A stretch of 63,187 nucleotides of DNA, the filler included, from Octopus bimaculoides (taxonomy: Eukaryota): NCBI RefSeq assembly GCF_001194135.2. It is 6 parts of 6 records of this genome, joined end to end, with 100 filler letters (N's around TTAATTAATTAA, not from the genome) between each part and the next. Parts side by side here need not be neighbours in the genome. Positions count along the whole stretch, not along the records: positions 19,349 to 40,522 come from NC_068982.1; positions 40,623 to 55,784 come from NC_068987.1; 4 more parts are not named here. The stretch is one strand, 5' to 3'. Shown here piece by piece: positions 37,976-51,362 of this stretch. Every line of letters starts with the position of its first letter. Position 1 is the stretch's first letter. Made by a program: the position numbers and the translations under genes. The notes below the pieces were generated by a model, which worked only from the letters and a program-made list of their open reading frames with translations, did no database searches and had not been told where the DNA came from.

Positions 37976-38906
37976 TTACCTTTTACTCACTGTAAAGTGG
38001 TTGTATTAGGAAGTACATCTAACTGCAAAATCCATGTCAAAGCAGACAGCAGAGCTTGGCCCAGTCCTTTGACTTGCCAGCTTCTGACAACCTGTCCAAC
38101 CCATACCAGCATGAACAGCAGACTTTAAATGATAATGATGATAATGATGATGATATACTTGTTTCAGATTTTAACACCAGGTTAGCAATTTTGGGAAAGT
38201 CGGTTACATCGATCCCCAGTGTTCGACTGGTATTTATTTTATCAACCCTAAAAGCATGACAGGCAAAGTCGACCCTGGCTGCATTTGAACTCAGAACATA
38301 AAGACAAACCAAATGCCACTAAGCATTTTGAGTGATGGGCTAATGTTTCTGCCAACTCACTGCCTTAAGATGATGATGATATATTAACAAAAGGAAATTC
38401 TCTGGAAGCATCTATATGAATTCTTAGCAGACACTTATTAATAAGAATTCCTACTTCCATTAGATATACTCGGTTAATACTATAACAGAATATTAACTTT
38501 CAAGGAGATTTGAAAGATACATTAAGCTGGTTTAAAATGATTGCTTTCACATTACAGAATATGACTGCTGTATAAAACCATGTAGACAAGTGCAGAAAAC
38601 ATGTTGACAAACAGGAAACTTTAAAATAGAAAGCACACACCGTTTTTCCTTATACACTTAATGCCTCTGTGGTAATAAGTACTCTTACTGTTCAATGGAA
38701 CTGTTGAGTTACTTGAGAGAAAATGATCTGAAGAAAGATAATTTCTGTTATATTGCCACTTCATGGCTTGTGATCGTGAAATGCTAGAAGGAGAAGCATA
38801 ACAATGAGGTGTTGGTGTGACCATGGGAAGTATGAACCATTGAGGAATTCACTTGCGTTTCAAGTTGGACATAGTGTGTATTTTGAAATTGTATACGTCA
38901 ATAAAT

Positions 38907-38937
<31 letters not shown>

Positions 38938-39645
38938 TCCTCTTTCCCTCTCATTGCACATACACTTTTTCTCTCTCACATGCAGCCCCCACCCCCAATT
39001 TCAATCCATCCATTTGACTATCACTCTGGAGTTCTTCCAGCAACTGGTCAATGTGTGTATGTGTGTATGTGTGTGTGTGTGTGAGTGTTTGTCCCCACTA
39101 CTTGACAACCAGTGTTAGTTTGTTCACATCCCTGTAATTTAGCTGTGTGATGTAAAAATGATCAATAGAATAAGTACCAGGCTTAAGAATAAGTATCAAG
39201 GTTGATTTGTTTGCCTGAACCCTTGAAGGTGGTGCCCCAGCATGGCTACAGTTCAATTACTAATATCAAGTGAAAAAGGAGTATGGAGATACAATCTACA
39301 ATGTCAAAATCCAATCCCAAATAAAATATCAAAATTCAAATACAAGAATGTAATACTAGAAACATACTACACGGTATGCAAGTTTTGAGGTTGTCTTAAC
39401 TTTAGTGTGTAAGGTTTTGGGACTTTTTTGCACCATAGAGTAAAAATCTCTGTGTGAATGCTTCCCTTCTTTCTCTCATGCCAGGTTTTTTCTATCACAA
39501 TTTCAAAATCTCATCAAGCATAGACTTACCAGGGAATTGGTAAGACCATGGACATATTCTAGAGAACATACACTATCTGGTCCTCCAACACCATCAGCTT
39601 ATGCAAAAAGATGTGGCTCTTTAGTAGCATAGTTCTACCAACAAT

Positions 39646-39950
39646 GAAGGGACTTGGCTTAGTGGTTAGAGTATTTGGCTCATGATTGTGAGGCCAAGAG
39701 TTCAATTCCCAGTGGTGGTTGTGTCCTCTTTATTTCATGTTGCTCCAGCCCATTCAGCTGGCAAACATGAGTAGTACCTGTATTTCAAAGGACCAGCCTT
39801 GTCATATTCTTGTGATGCTGAATCTCCCTGAGAATCACATTTGGGGTACATGTGCTCAACCACTTGCACGTTGGTTTCATGAGCAGGCTGCTCCCTTGAT
39901 CAAATCAACAAGAACCCTTGTCATTATAACAGACAGAGTGTCAGTTCTAC
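39646..39950 (+). mobile_element. SINE B2, decayed
   Basis: Head and 3' half align by eye to the 3273 copy. Confidence 0.75.
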
Positions 39951-39969
39951 TGACAGTTCTTTAGGCTAG

Positions 39970-40060
39970 TGCGTCATGGAAGAGCTCTGAAAATTATGTG
40001 TTTCCACCAAAGATGGTTGAGAAGGATTCTAGAAATGTCCTGGCAAGAACACATATGGCT
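39970..40060 (+). pseudogene. RTE LINE fragment
   Basis: FHQRWLRRILEMSWQE (cf. RTE FH.RCLRRIL.I.WQD). Confidence 0.55.
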
Positions 40061-40061
40061 G

Positions 40062-40327
40062 GTCTATGGGGGTTACCTAGGGTTTCATGTCCATAAAGTG
40101 CTTCACTTTATAACGTTTCTTCAGACCCTAATATCCGGAGGCCTATTGCCTCTCTTCAAAGTGGAGGGAGAACAAATCTCATTGCTAGTTGTTGAACACA
40201 AGGACAAAGAAGCAGGTATTAAGCGTAAGGGATTGTCTCTCTTAGACCTCTAGCCATAATCGACCCTGAAAAAATGCTGGAAAACTAAGTGCTTTATGGA
40301 CATGATACCTTGGGTAACCCCATAGAC
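40062..40327. mobile_element. MITE-like element with about 40-bp imperfect TIRs
   Basis: gtctatgggggttacctagggtttcatgtccataaagtgctt versus aagtgctttatggacatgataccttgggtaaccccatagac; no clear TSD. Confidence 0.65.
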
Positions 40328-40377
40328 AATTTATAACTATCTTAATCTAATTATACATATATATATATATATTTAAT

Positions 40378-40430
<53 letters not shown>

Positions 40431-40622
40431 TATTTATTAAATATATATATATACACACACACACACTATTTATTAAATATATATATATATATGTATAATT
40501 AGATTAAGATAGTTATAAATTGNNNNNNNNNNNNNNNNNNNNNNNNNNNNNNNNNNNNNNNNNNNNTTAATTAATTAANNNNNNNNNNNNNNNNNNNNNN
40601 NNNNNNNNNNNNNNNNNNNNNN

Positions 40623-41090
40623 AGTGTTTCTAGCTCTTTGTCGTTTTTAGCATATAATTTTAGGTCATCCATATATAGAAGGTGGCTGACTGTTTTTCCG
40701 TAACATTTGTAACCGCATCCAGTTCTATTTAGCAATTCAGTTAAGGGTGTGAGAGCCAGGCAGAACAGGAGTGGAGAGAGCGTGTCTCCCTGGAATATTC
40801 CTCTTCTAATGGGGATGGCTTTCGTTTTCACAAGTCCCTCTTTTGTTTGGAGCTGTAGCACTGTCTGCCATTTGTTCATTGAGTGCCCTATGTATTTTAT
40901 AATAATTGGTGCCACCTTGTTTATGGCTAGTGTTTCCAGAATCCACGTGTGGGGAACACTATCAAAAGCCTTTTGGTAGTCCACCCAGGCCAAGCTGAGG
41001 CCTTTCTTCTTTCTGCGGCTGTCTTCAGTTATGGCTTTATTGATCAATAATTGATCTTTACAGCCGTATGAGCCCTTGCAGCTTCCCTTC
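40623..41090 (-). pseudogene. R4/Dong-clade RT fragment, 5'-truncated, open frame
   Basis: GSYGCKDQLLINK, WVDYQKAFDSVPH, GIFQGDTLSPLLF, LLYMDDLKLYAK; 5' junction on (AAT)n(AAG)n; 3' side lost at a scaffold join. Confidence 0.9.
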
Positions 41091-41462
41091 TTCTTCTTCT
41101 TATTATTATTATTATTATTATCATTATCATCATTATTATTATGACGACAATGATGATGATGATGACCACCACCACCACCACTATCATCATGATCATCATC
41201 ATGTTTATTATTATTCGGTTTTGAGAACTCAGTGATCAAGATATGCAAACATTGGTTTGAATAATGTAGTAACACAAATAACATTTCTGATTTGAAAATT
41301 AAAATGATAACCATAAAAGGGAATTACTTTTAAGACAGGGTAGAATCAACCTGGCTAGAGAATGGGGGATGTTGGTATATAAGCATGTATATTTAATGAC
41401 ATTAATATTTCCTTTGGTTAGCTTCTATCACATTCTAATTGTGTTTTAATCTTATATTCTAG

Positions 41463-42404
41463 GCTCAAATATCTGCAGGTATTGGCGATGCTGGAATGCA
41501 GACTATGAACTTTTCACACCGACGTAAGCCAGCATTTGTCACCCGTGTGAGTAACGAAGAATATGAAATTATGCAAAACAATTTTGAATCTCAAACAGCT
41601 CCAGACCAAGAGGATGGAGGTTTCTCTTTGTCAAGTCTAACTTCAGCTCATCATTCCTCGTTAATGAAGTCAGAACCAAAAGACTTTGATGAATTTGAAG
41701 CAATTACTCATGAACTAGAAGCAATTGCTCATCCAAATATTAATCAAGTTATGAGCTCAGAAAATTTAATGGTGCGCCAGGTGGATCCCCTTGATCAAGA
41801 TGAGAACGACCAACCCAAATCTCTAGAAGATTCTCTAGTCATACACCTGGATGGCACAACTCATTCAGAAGTACTCCGTGATGTGCATTCCAGTACTGAG
41901 CCTGATGTTGGTGTTATGTGTGCAGTGAGCACAACAGACATGCACCATGCTCAAGCGGGAGATGATGGCGATAGCATAACAAGTGAAAGCAACAATTCAA
42001 ACTGTGAGCAAAGCATAACAAGCCGTGCTCCGAAAAGATCAATTCTTGGTCACCATTCAGTTAAAACATCTAAGTCACTCAATTCGCAAACACATCTTAA
42101 CAGACACCGATCATTACTTCCCAACAGAACTACATCAGTGTCGACAAGTTCTTCATCTTATGCACGGATTAACAGCCGAGTGTGTCTGGTGGACTTCTCC
42201 ACTGAAGAACTCATCACTCACCTCATGTCTCGTGATGATGTCTATCGGTGCGACTTCTGCTGTTTGCTATTCCAAGATGCAGCAATGTATCATCTTCATC
42301 GAAGCATGCATGACAAAATGGACTGTCGTTGTTGTAATATCTGTGGCAAGCTTTCTAAAGACAAGCATGACTTCATTGCACATTTCCTTACTGAACATAA
42401 GTAA
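41463..42404 (+). CDS. Terminal coding exon of a zinc-finger protein with an Ikaros/Hunchback-type C-terminal finger pair
   Basis: Acceptor ttttaatcttatattctag| at 41462; 313 open codons (11 before ATG 41496); acidic/Ser-rich region then YRCDFCCLLFQDAAMYHLHRSMH-DKMDCRC-CNICGKLSKDKHDFIAHFLTEHK*. Confidence 0.88.
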   Translation, partial: AQISAGIGDAGMQTMNFSHRRKPAFVTRVSNEEYEIMQNNFESQTAPDQEDGGFSLSSLTSAHHSSLMKSEPKDFDEFEAITHELEAIAHPNINQVMSSENLMVRQVDPLDQDENDQPKSLEDSLVIHLDGTTHSEVLRDVHSSTEPDVGVMCAVSTTDMHHAQAGDDGDSITSESNNSNCEQSITSRAPKRSILGHHSVKTSKSLNSQTHLNRHRSLLPNRTTSVSTSSSSYARINSRVCLVDFSTEELITHLMSRDDVYRCDFCCLLFQDAAMYHLHRSMHDKMDCRCCNICGKLSKDKHDFIAHFLTEHK

Positions 42405-42555
42405 GAGATCATTTCTGTCAATCATTTCATCAAGAATGGCATCATCAATCATGTTCAGAATCATTTGTATCTGTATATTCATGTTTCCAATAGTTTTCCA
42501 AATCTAAATACAGGATTTCCAAAATTAAAACGATACTTTTTTTTTTTTTTAATAT

Positions 42556-42633
<78 letters not shown>

Positions 42634-42914
42634 CAAACCTAATAGAAATTTGTTTGATTTTTCAATGTCTGTATATGTAAGGTCGTTTATCTTTATGCAG
42701 TCTTCTGTATGTATTATACATGTCTGTTTTCTCCTCATACAGGGGATGAAATAACGGAGTGGATGAGGGATATCAGCTCTTGGGTGATAAGTTTTGTATA
42801 ATACACAGGCCTTGTTATTAATGATAGACAAGTGTTGTATCCAAGGAGAAATTTGTTTCTTGTGTGCTAGGAAATCAGGGTTAAACACTCCCTATGAATA
42901 GTGTTTAAGAAGGG

Positions 42915-42952
42915 AATAAAGTGACTGATATGACATACACTGTCTAAATAAA
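42915..42952 (+). terminator. Candidate poly(A) signals of the zinc-finger gene
   Basis: AATAAA at 42915-42920 and 42947-42952; another at 44619-44624 at the end of a SINE-poor stretch that could be a long 3' UTR. Confidence 0.35.
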
Positions 42953-44879
42953 TATGTTTGCATTTATAACAACTTATTGTCTGAGAGCAGATGATTTTGA
43001 AAATGATAAATCAGAGAATTATCCATCATAGATCTTAAGTTTAGTTATCATAAAATGGGAACAAACAGAGAATTTTTCGTTTTGGTATATATTTTTATAT
43101 ATTCATATGTTCATGAACATACATACACACACAATCTAATTCACACAAACACACAAACACATACACTTCACGTTTAAAAATTACAAATGTCAGTGACTCA
43201 CCTCAATTTAGTTTCTCACTAAATACCTTACATTTATTCTTGTTTAAGTGCTTCAACGTTTTTACCGTTTTTTGTTGTTGTTGATACAAAGGAAGATAAT
43301 GCAAAAATTCTTTTCAAAAATTTTGTGATTTTTCTTCTTTTCCAACTGAAAATTGTTAGCTAATGAAAACATGAAACTTTCTAGTCTGTGGTATCAGCCA
43401 GAGAATCCACCTTCCAAAATTTTAAGACCCAAAAGAGTTGACTGCCTCAGTTAAAAATGATTCCAGTTGTGACTCCTAGGAACTCGCACCACTGTCCTGG
43501 GAATTCACTGTGACTCATATTGTTTTATACACCAGTTATATTGTTGGTAACTTTTCAGTCATAATTATCGAAACAAATAATTTATTTTGAGGTAATGCAA
43601 CCACTTGCTGTGTTACAAAGCAAACACGAATGTATTTTTTTAAATATAAATTTTAATGTCACAAGATATTCTAGCACATTCAAGTTGTCTTGTTTGTGGA
43701 CAAGCTATTTTCTTCTGAAGGTGGCAGGGTATTTTTTTCAAATTATGAAAGCATAAGAATAGGGATAAATATTTACTTATATTCCTTACATTATACTGCA
43801 TGATACATAAATTAATTGTTTCACATTTTGTGATCAGGGTGTTCCTCAATAACTGACCAACCATATTAACTCCATATACAGAGAGCAGTGATGTTCATGC
43901 TTTTCTCATAGGCATACATAGAGTAAATCAAATAACCACAGCTAAGAATCAAACATGGATCGTATTCTTGGTTTTACCAAGAGCTAACTACTTATGCTAC
44001 CTGTGCTATACCATGTGGCATATAAATGTATACTGAGTACATTACTCTTTGTTTCTCACAAAAGCTACATGGTAACTGACCTCAGCTCTAATCCCTTTGC
44101 TTGTTCCTTTTTACCCCAGAACATCAGCCCTTTGGAATCCCCTATCCACTCATATTTTTTCCTGCAGTTATTGACTTAGAGATATTCAAGCTTAACATTA
44201 ATTGCCCCAATTTCACCGGTGTCAGAGAGCCTGCAAAGGTCTTTGGCCCATCCCTTACTCTTAATTAAATCATTAGAAAGAGAAAAATGGTAATATGGGG
44301 GGTTTTGTTCCCTACAAAAACGAATCTTCTCCATGCCATTTGTAAAGGGAATGAAGGATAGATCCATTGACATTTTAACTCGCAGCCAAGAGCAGCGAAG
44401 CTTCCATCATCATGTATTCTTTTAATACATCTCTACCTTTTCCTGCAGAGAATACATTCATCTGCACCATTTGTCAGGGTCAGGGGCCTTCATGTTTTTA
44501 CTATTTACTGGGAGTATGTTGATTTGGTACATGTATGTAAATCCATATAGAAAAATATATAGACGTGTAACACGATAATGTTTACACATGCAATAGTAAG
44601 TGCATTGTGGTTGGTTGCAATAAAAGCAGAATCTTCAACTAATCACTGACCTGTGTTATCCATAGATCAATTCATGATAACCATAACATGATTCACAATT
44701 GAAAATACTGTGCTCTCCCAGATCAATAATGCATGCATCAGTGATAAACAAGGCTATACGTACCAATATTAGATATGGCCAATTCATTGCTTATTTGACC
44801 TTTGAAAATTATTTTGGTCATAACCCTTTATAAGCAGGAAATAATGGTTGTTGTAAATATTGGTGTCGTCATCGTCATC

Positions 44880-45220
44880 ATCATTATCATCATTTAATGT
44901 CCATTTTCCATGCTGGCATGGGTTGGACGGTTTGACTGAGGTCTAGTGAGCCAGTGGCTGCACCAAGCTCCAATCTGACCTGACAAAGTTTCTACAGCTG
45001 GATGCCCTTCCTAACGCCAACCACTCCAAAAGTGTAGTGGGTGCTTTTTATGTGCCACTGGCACAGGAGCCAGTCAGGTGGGCCTGGCATCGATCACGTT
45101 TGGATGGTGCTTTTTATGTACCACCGGCACAAGAGCCAGTCAGTGGGTACTGGCATTGGCCATGATCAGTTGGTGCTTTTTATGTGCCATTGGCACAGGA
45201 GCCAGTCAGGTGGACCTGGC
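44880..45220 (-). mobile_element. Family D 3' tail with three tandem 66-bp units
   Basis: gtgctttttatg units at 45041, 45107 and 45173. Confidence 0.85.
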
Positions 45221-45279
45221 TATACAAAATCTCAACTCCAGAAAGTAATAGTTATGAAGTTTTAATATAAGAGAGTAGG

Positions 45280-48200
45280 TAGGCAGAGAACTGGCAGAAT
45301 TGTTAGCACACTGGACAAAATGCTTAGAGGCATTGCATCCGTCTTTAGATTCTGGGTTCAAATTCTACCAAGGTTGACTTTACCTTTCATCTTTTTGGGG
45401 TCAATAAAACTAAGTATCAGTGGAGTACTGGGGCCAATGTTATCAACTTTCCCTCTTTCCTGAACTTACTGGTCTTTTGCCAAAATTTGAAACCAATATT
45501 AGAAAGGCAGTGAGCTGACAGAATCATTAGCACACCAGGTAAATCACTTAGCAGTATTCTGTCTATCTTTATGTTCTGAGTTCAAATTCTACTGAGGTTG
45601 ACTCTGCCTTTCATCCTTTCAGAGTTGATGAAACAAATACCTGTCAAGCACTGGGGTCATTGTAATCAACTTAACCCTGCCAACCCTGAAGTTGCTGGCC
45701 TTGTGCCAATATTAGATAGTAGTAGCGGTTATAAAGTTAGGATACGGTGATCTCTACTATTTCCATTCCATGAATTATTTGCATTCCTTGATGTGATGGG
45801 TAACGAAGGCAACATATTCTACTTCATATATGAGGTACCTACTGCCGTCCATGAAATATAGGTTGTCCAGCCAGTTTACAGGCTTGCAAGAACATGATGA
45901 TCTCCTCACATTTAGGCAGTTGGCATAATTTTGGAGCAACTGTTTTTACAAATGAATACCAAAGCTACTGCTAACCAGTAGTAAATTAAAGATCCAAAGT
46001 TACTAATCTGGCAAATTGAAGTATACATGCTTTGCCCTAGAACAACACATCATCATCATCATCATAGTTTAGTGTCCATTGTCCATGCTGGCATGGGTTG
46101 GATGGTTTGACCAGGGCTGGTAAGCTGGAAGGCTGCACCAGATCCCAGTCTGACTTGGCATGATTTCTATGGCTGGATGCCCTTCCTAATGCCAACTACT
46201 CCAAGAGTTTAATGAGTGCTTTTATGTACCATTTGTGTGACACCGATATCTACCATGGCTGCGATATTTACTTGGCTTGATGGGTCTTCTTCTCAAGCAC
46301 AACATAATGCCAAAGGTCTCGGTTGTTGCCTCCGTGAGGCCCAACATTCAGAAGGAGCTTTTCATGTGCCACCAGCATTGACCACTTTGCCTCCATGAGG
46401 CACAATGCTCGAAAGGTGCTTTTTACAAGCCACCGGCACAGGTGCCAGTTATGTGATAGTAGCATCAGCGACGCCTACGATTTCACAATGATTTGATAAA
46501 ATCCAATTGATTTAATAAAGTCTAATTGATGAAGATGAACAAATTCTAAGTTTTCTATTTGAGCGATGAAATATAATTTTACAAATTTACTAAACTTGTT
46601 TCTTTATCCTTTGCTAATAATTTGAAGGCATAGCTGTATGGTTAAAAAGTCTGCTTCATAATCATGTGGTTTCAAGTTCAATTCCTCTGTATGGCACCTT
46701 GGACAATTGTCTTCTACTACAGCTATATAATATGTATGTATGCATTGTTACCTGTATGGTTTTATATTGGCACCTGTTGAGCAGTGAAGTGTGTTTATGT
46801 CTTGCATAAACAAAGTTTAGCACCTTGACCATTTGATACAGGAAAATGTGGAGTTAAGTACTTTAGTTAAAAAATTATTGGAAGGGTATCCAGACATTAG
46901 CCTCATACCAGCATGGAAAATATGGATGCATAAATGGTGATGTTTAATATTTAAAATTTGGTTATCGATGTATAATTGTATGGAAGTCCTGTTTCATTTT
47001 TAGTAATTCAGGTGGGTTTTTTTCTTTATTTTTATTGGCTTGAGACACACAAGGCTTCTGAAGTTAAGATGTTAAAGTTGGACTAGGTACCTATAACTAT
47101 TTAGTTTGATATTTGATACTCCTTTTGTTGATGGATTGATAAAATAAGTCTTATTAATTTTCTAGGGTCCAGTTAGTGAGCTGGCAGAATCTTTAGCAGC
47201 ATTTCTTCTGACTCTTCATGATCTGAGTTCATATTCCACTGAGGTTGATTTTGCCTTCTATCCTTTCAAATTTGATAAAAGAAAGTACCAGTGAAGTACT
47301 GGGATCAATGTAATTGACTATCCCCTTCTTTCCAAATTTCAAGCCTTGTACCTGTAGTAGAAAGGCTCGTTATTATTATTGTTGTTAAGGGTGGCGAGCT
47401 GGCAGAAATGTTAGCATGCTGGGCAAAATGCTTAGCAATATTTCGTCTGTCTTTACATTCTGAGTTCAAATTCCGCCAAGGTTGACTTTGCCTTTCATCC
47501 ATTTGGGATTCAATAAATTAAATACCAGTTATGTACTGGGGTCCATCTAATTGACTGGCCCCCTTCCCAAAAATTTCGGGCTTTGTGCCTAAAGTAGAAA
47601 AGTTTATTATTGTTATTATCTGCCAAATCAGACTGGAGCCTGGTGTTGCCATCCGGTTTCACCAGTCCTCAGTCAAATCGTCCAACCCATGCTAGCATGG
47701 AAAGCGGACGTTAAACGATGATGATGATGATGATGATGATTAAGGTGGCAAGCTGGCAAAATTGTTAGCATGCTAGATAAAAATGCTTAGCGGCATTTCT
47801 TCCAGCTTTATATTCTGAGTTCAAATTCCATTGAGGTTGATTTGCCCTTCATTCTTTCAGGATTAATAACAAAGTACCAGCCAAATACTGGAGGTCTATG
47901 TAATAAAGTAGACCACCCCCCCTTCAAAATTGTAATAAAGTAGCCCACTTCCCTTCAAAATTGTTGGCATTGTGCCATAATTAGAAAGTATTTATTAGCA
48001 GGGTTTAGCAAGTTAAAAGAGTATTTATCTCAGTCTCGGTTTTGATATTCTTAAAGGTTTCCAACTAATCTTCTCCCTAAACATTCCAACAAGAAAAAAG
48101 TGAACTCAAATTTGCAGTGATTGATTCACTCTTTAACTCTTTAGCATTTAAACCAACCACATCACACCCAAATATTTTACCTATTTTAATGTTCAAACCA

Positions 48201-48680
48201 GCCAGATCCAGCTTCTCACACTTACCCTACAATGTCATTCTAAAAATAATCACATCGTCAAAATTTTGAAGCTATGAGATAATACACAATTAATTCCAAA
48301 CTGTGAATAAATAAGTGTTACATTTAACTGAGTAATCAGAATGCTAAGAGAATTATAACAGGTTTTTGAATTTGATATATTGTTCTTTATATTTATTTGA
48401 ATGCTGCTGATTTATGTATTCAATGTCGGTACTGGCCAAGTTGTCTGAATGATTGCAATTAGTTTTTATTATTATGGCAGACTCGTTAGCATGCAAAATT
48501 CCTAGCGACTTTTAGTCTGTCTTTACATTCTGAGTTCAAATGCCACTGGGGTTGACTTTGCCTTTCATCCTTTCGGGGTTGGTAAAGTAAGTACCAGTTA
48601 AGCACTGGGGTTGAAGAAATTGGCTTACCCACTCCCCGACCCCTGAACTTGCTGGCCTTGTGCAAAAATTTGAAATTATT
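45280..48680 (+). mobile_element. Cluster of at least six co-oriented, CpG-decayed SINE-A copies
   Basis: Copies at about 45280, 45505, 47170, 47388, 47742 and 48475, mixed with D and C fragments. Confidence 0.8.
48137..48350. mobile_element. TTAA-flanked MITE, degenerate
   Basis: ttaa|ctctttagcatt ... aatgctaagag termini. Confidence 0.5.
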
Positions 48681-50748
48681 ATTATTATTATTATTTTTTT
48701 AAGCATTTGTTTTTCTTTGTAAATTCCTTCAGAAGCTGAACTTTTTGTGACTCATCTTACATAATTTAATTGTTATTATTATTATTATTATTATTATTAA
48801 TAAATTATTAAGGCCCACTATTTTTACCCCTTCAACCCATCAATTGCACTCCCCGTTTTGTGCTCCTTTTTCAGAACCACTGCATTAAAAAGTGTCAACA
48901 ATTTCATATCTGAACTATGACCACAGCCTTATTGATGAATGAATCACTGATATTGCAGAAACATCTCTTACAATGATTTTTAAAGACTTTTTTTTTTTTT
49001 TCTAAAACCCATTTTGTCATTTCTCAATAATACTCTAAACATATTCGATGCTATCTTTCATAGTTTGGTTCTGTTTTATTGAACCACTTTCAAACTGTTG
49101 AAGAAGCATTTTTTTTTTCTCTTTCTCTATTCATTTGGTGAGTATTCTTAACGGGTACTTTTCAAAAACTAAAGAAACTCACCCCATACTGACTGGATGG
49201 ACACACAAAACACCCAAGCTTTCTGTCTCACTTAAATTCCATTAAATTCTATATTACTGTTACCTAGTTTCTCTTCCATTTCTTTCTCAATTTCTATTGT
49301 TTTGTTTTCTTTATATAACATTCCTTCCATGATATTTTGTTTTCTCTGTCAGCAGTTTCTCAGCCTTCAAAGTGAACGTATCATTTTAAAAAATCATTTT
49401 TGTACATCTTTCTATCTTCATTTCATTTTTCTACCATAGTCTTCATTTTGTTGTCAACTTAATTTTTTTTCAATAATATTGTGAGTGGATTTGATAGATG
49501 GAAACTGAAAGAAGCCAATTGTATCTCTCCCTACATGTGTGTGCCCACATGCATGTGTGTGGATTTGTTTTGGCATCACATGACAGTTGTAAATGAGTGC
49601 CTTACAAGTGGTGTCATTCCTTTACTTCTTTTAGAAACTTTCTCCATGAAAGTGTGGAGAGACTGATGCAAAGCAAGACTTCAGAGAAAATAATTCCTAC
49701 TGTTTTATTTCATCCGTGACATACATATTCCCTGCCTGAACCGCACATCAGTCTGTTGCAAGGTTACTGATTTTTGCCGGCTGAACGAACTGGAGCAATG
49801 GAAAATGAAGTGTTTTGCTCAAGAACCAATGGATTAAAAGACTATTGGTGCTACCTAAAAATTAAAGCAGCCACTTATTTTAAACACAACCAGCCAGATG
49901 TTAAATGGGACAGTGAGAAGAAAATATCCTCTGTTGTGAAAATCAGCTGCCCTCTGGTTACTAATGTGGTCAGAAAAATACAGGAGAAAGAAAACGTCTG
50001 TAGGCCATCAATGTGGAGCTTGCAAACCTGGAACCCAAGATACACTTTGTTTCAGACCTGTTGTGATTGGAGCAACAGCATATATACTATACAAACCTGG
50101 CTGGAGTAAAGCATGGTTGAAATTGAGATCTTGAGGAGAGAATGCAACTCCTTAATTTGTACACTATAAATAAGTATGATATTTGGAACAATAGAAATCT
50201 GCAAGACTTTCTTAAGATTTAAAGGATGGTGACCAAAACAAGATGTTACCAAGCAGATGGTCAAAATCAACTCTAAATTAAAAAACGAAAAAGAAACACA
50301 CATAAGCATGCAAGCTTGCTTGCATACATGAATGAATAAATGCACACATGTATGTATAAATAGGAAAAAAAAAGGTGAGGATAGATGTGTGTAAAATTTA
50401 ATTGACTCAGTGGATTATTGGACAATTTGAAAAGACAAAGGTTTGGTCAGTATACAAAGCATTTCTAAAAATTATTTCTTAATTTTTATTAGGTTTATTA
50501 GCATGAAATTACATAACAATTAGATTCAAATACTATATACAAGTTAATCTACATTTCTTAAAAAATATTTATTAACGAAAAAATGTTGATTTCTTCTTAG
50601 TGGTTTCATAATTTGTCTTCAAACTGGTATTGGCACTTCTGAACCAACAGTTTGATATTCAGTGTTGTAGAACTTAGGAATTGTCATGATGGATGATAGG
50701 CTCGCTTCTGCAAAAACAAAATGAAAAGTCTGATAAATCTCAAGAAAC

Positions 50749-50781
<33 letters not shown>

Positions 50782-50952
50782 NNNNNNNNNNNNNNNNNNN
50801 NNNNNNNNNNNNNNNNNNNNNNCTCTCCCCCCCCTCTCTCTCTCTCTCTCTCTAATTCTATCATTAATTGTCAAACTAAACAATATTTGTTTATACACAG
50901 TATCTACTTTTATCTTGTTTTGGTTATTGGAGTGGTGGTCATGAATATATAC

Positions 50953-51089
50953 ACATTATTTACATTTGACGGATATTTGTCCTCATCTTGTTTGCTGTTA
51001 ACATTTCGGCTGATATACCCTCCAGCCTTCATCAGGTGTCTTGGGGAAATTTCAAACCTGGGTTTTCATTCCTAAGGTATTTTTCAATG

Positions 51090-51149
<60 letters not shown>

Positions 51150-51302
51150 TCACTGCCTGGAATCAAGCTACTAACCCCAAGATTCTGAGTTTGATTCCAG
51201 GTAGTGACCTGAATAATAATAATAATAATAATAATAACAACAACAACATCGAAAAATACCTTAGGAATGAGAACCCAGGTTTNNNNNNNNNNTTTTTCAA
51301 TG

Positions 51303-51362
<60 letters not shown>

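Noticed and set aside
40327-40522. Near-perfect 196-bp palindrome centred on (TA)n
   Set aside because: Folds back through a self-complementary (TA)n run and ends at a scaffold join; most likely an assembler turn-around.
41514-41549. SHRRKP as a NuRD-binding MSRRKQxxP motif
   Set aside because: Lacks the Gln and spaced Pro and is probably not N-terminal; may just be a basic or NLS patch.
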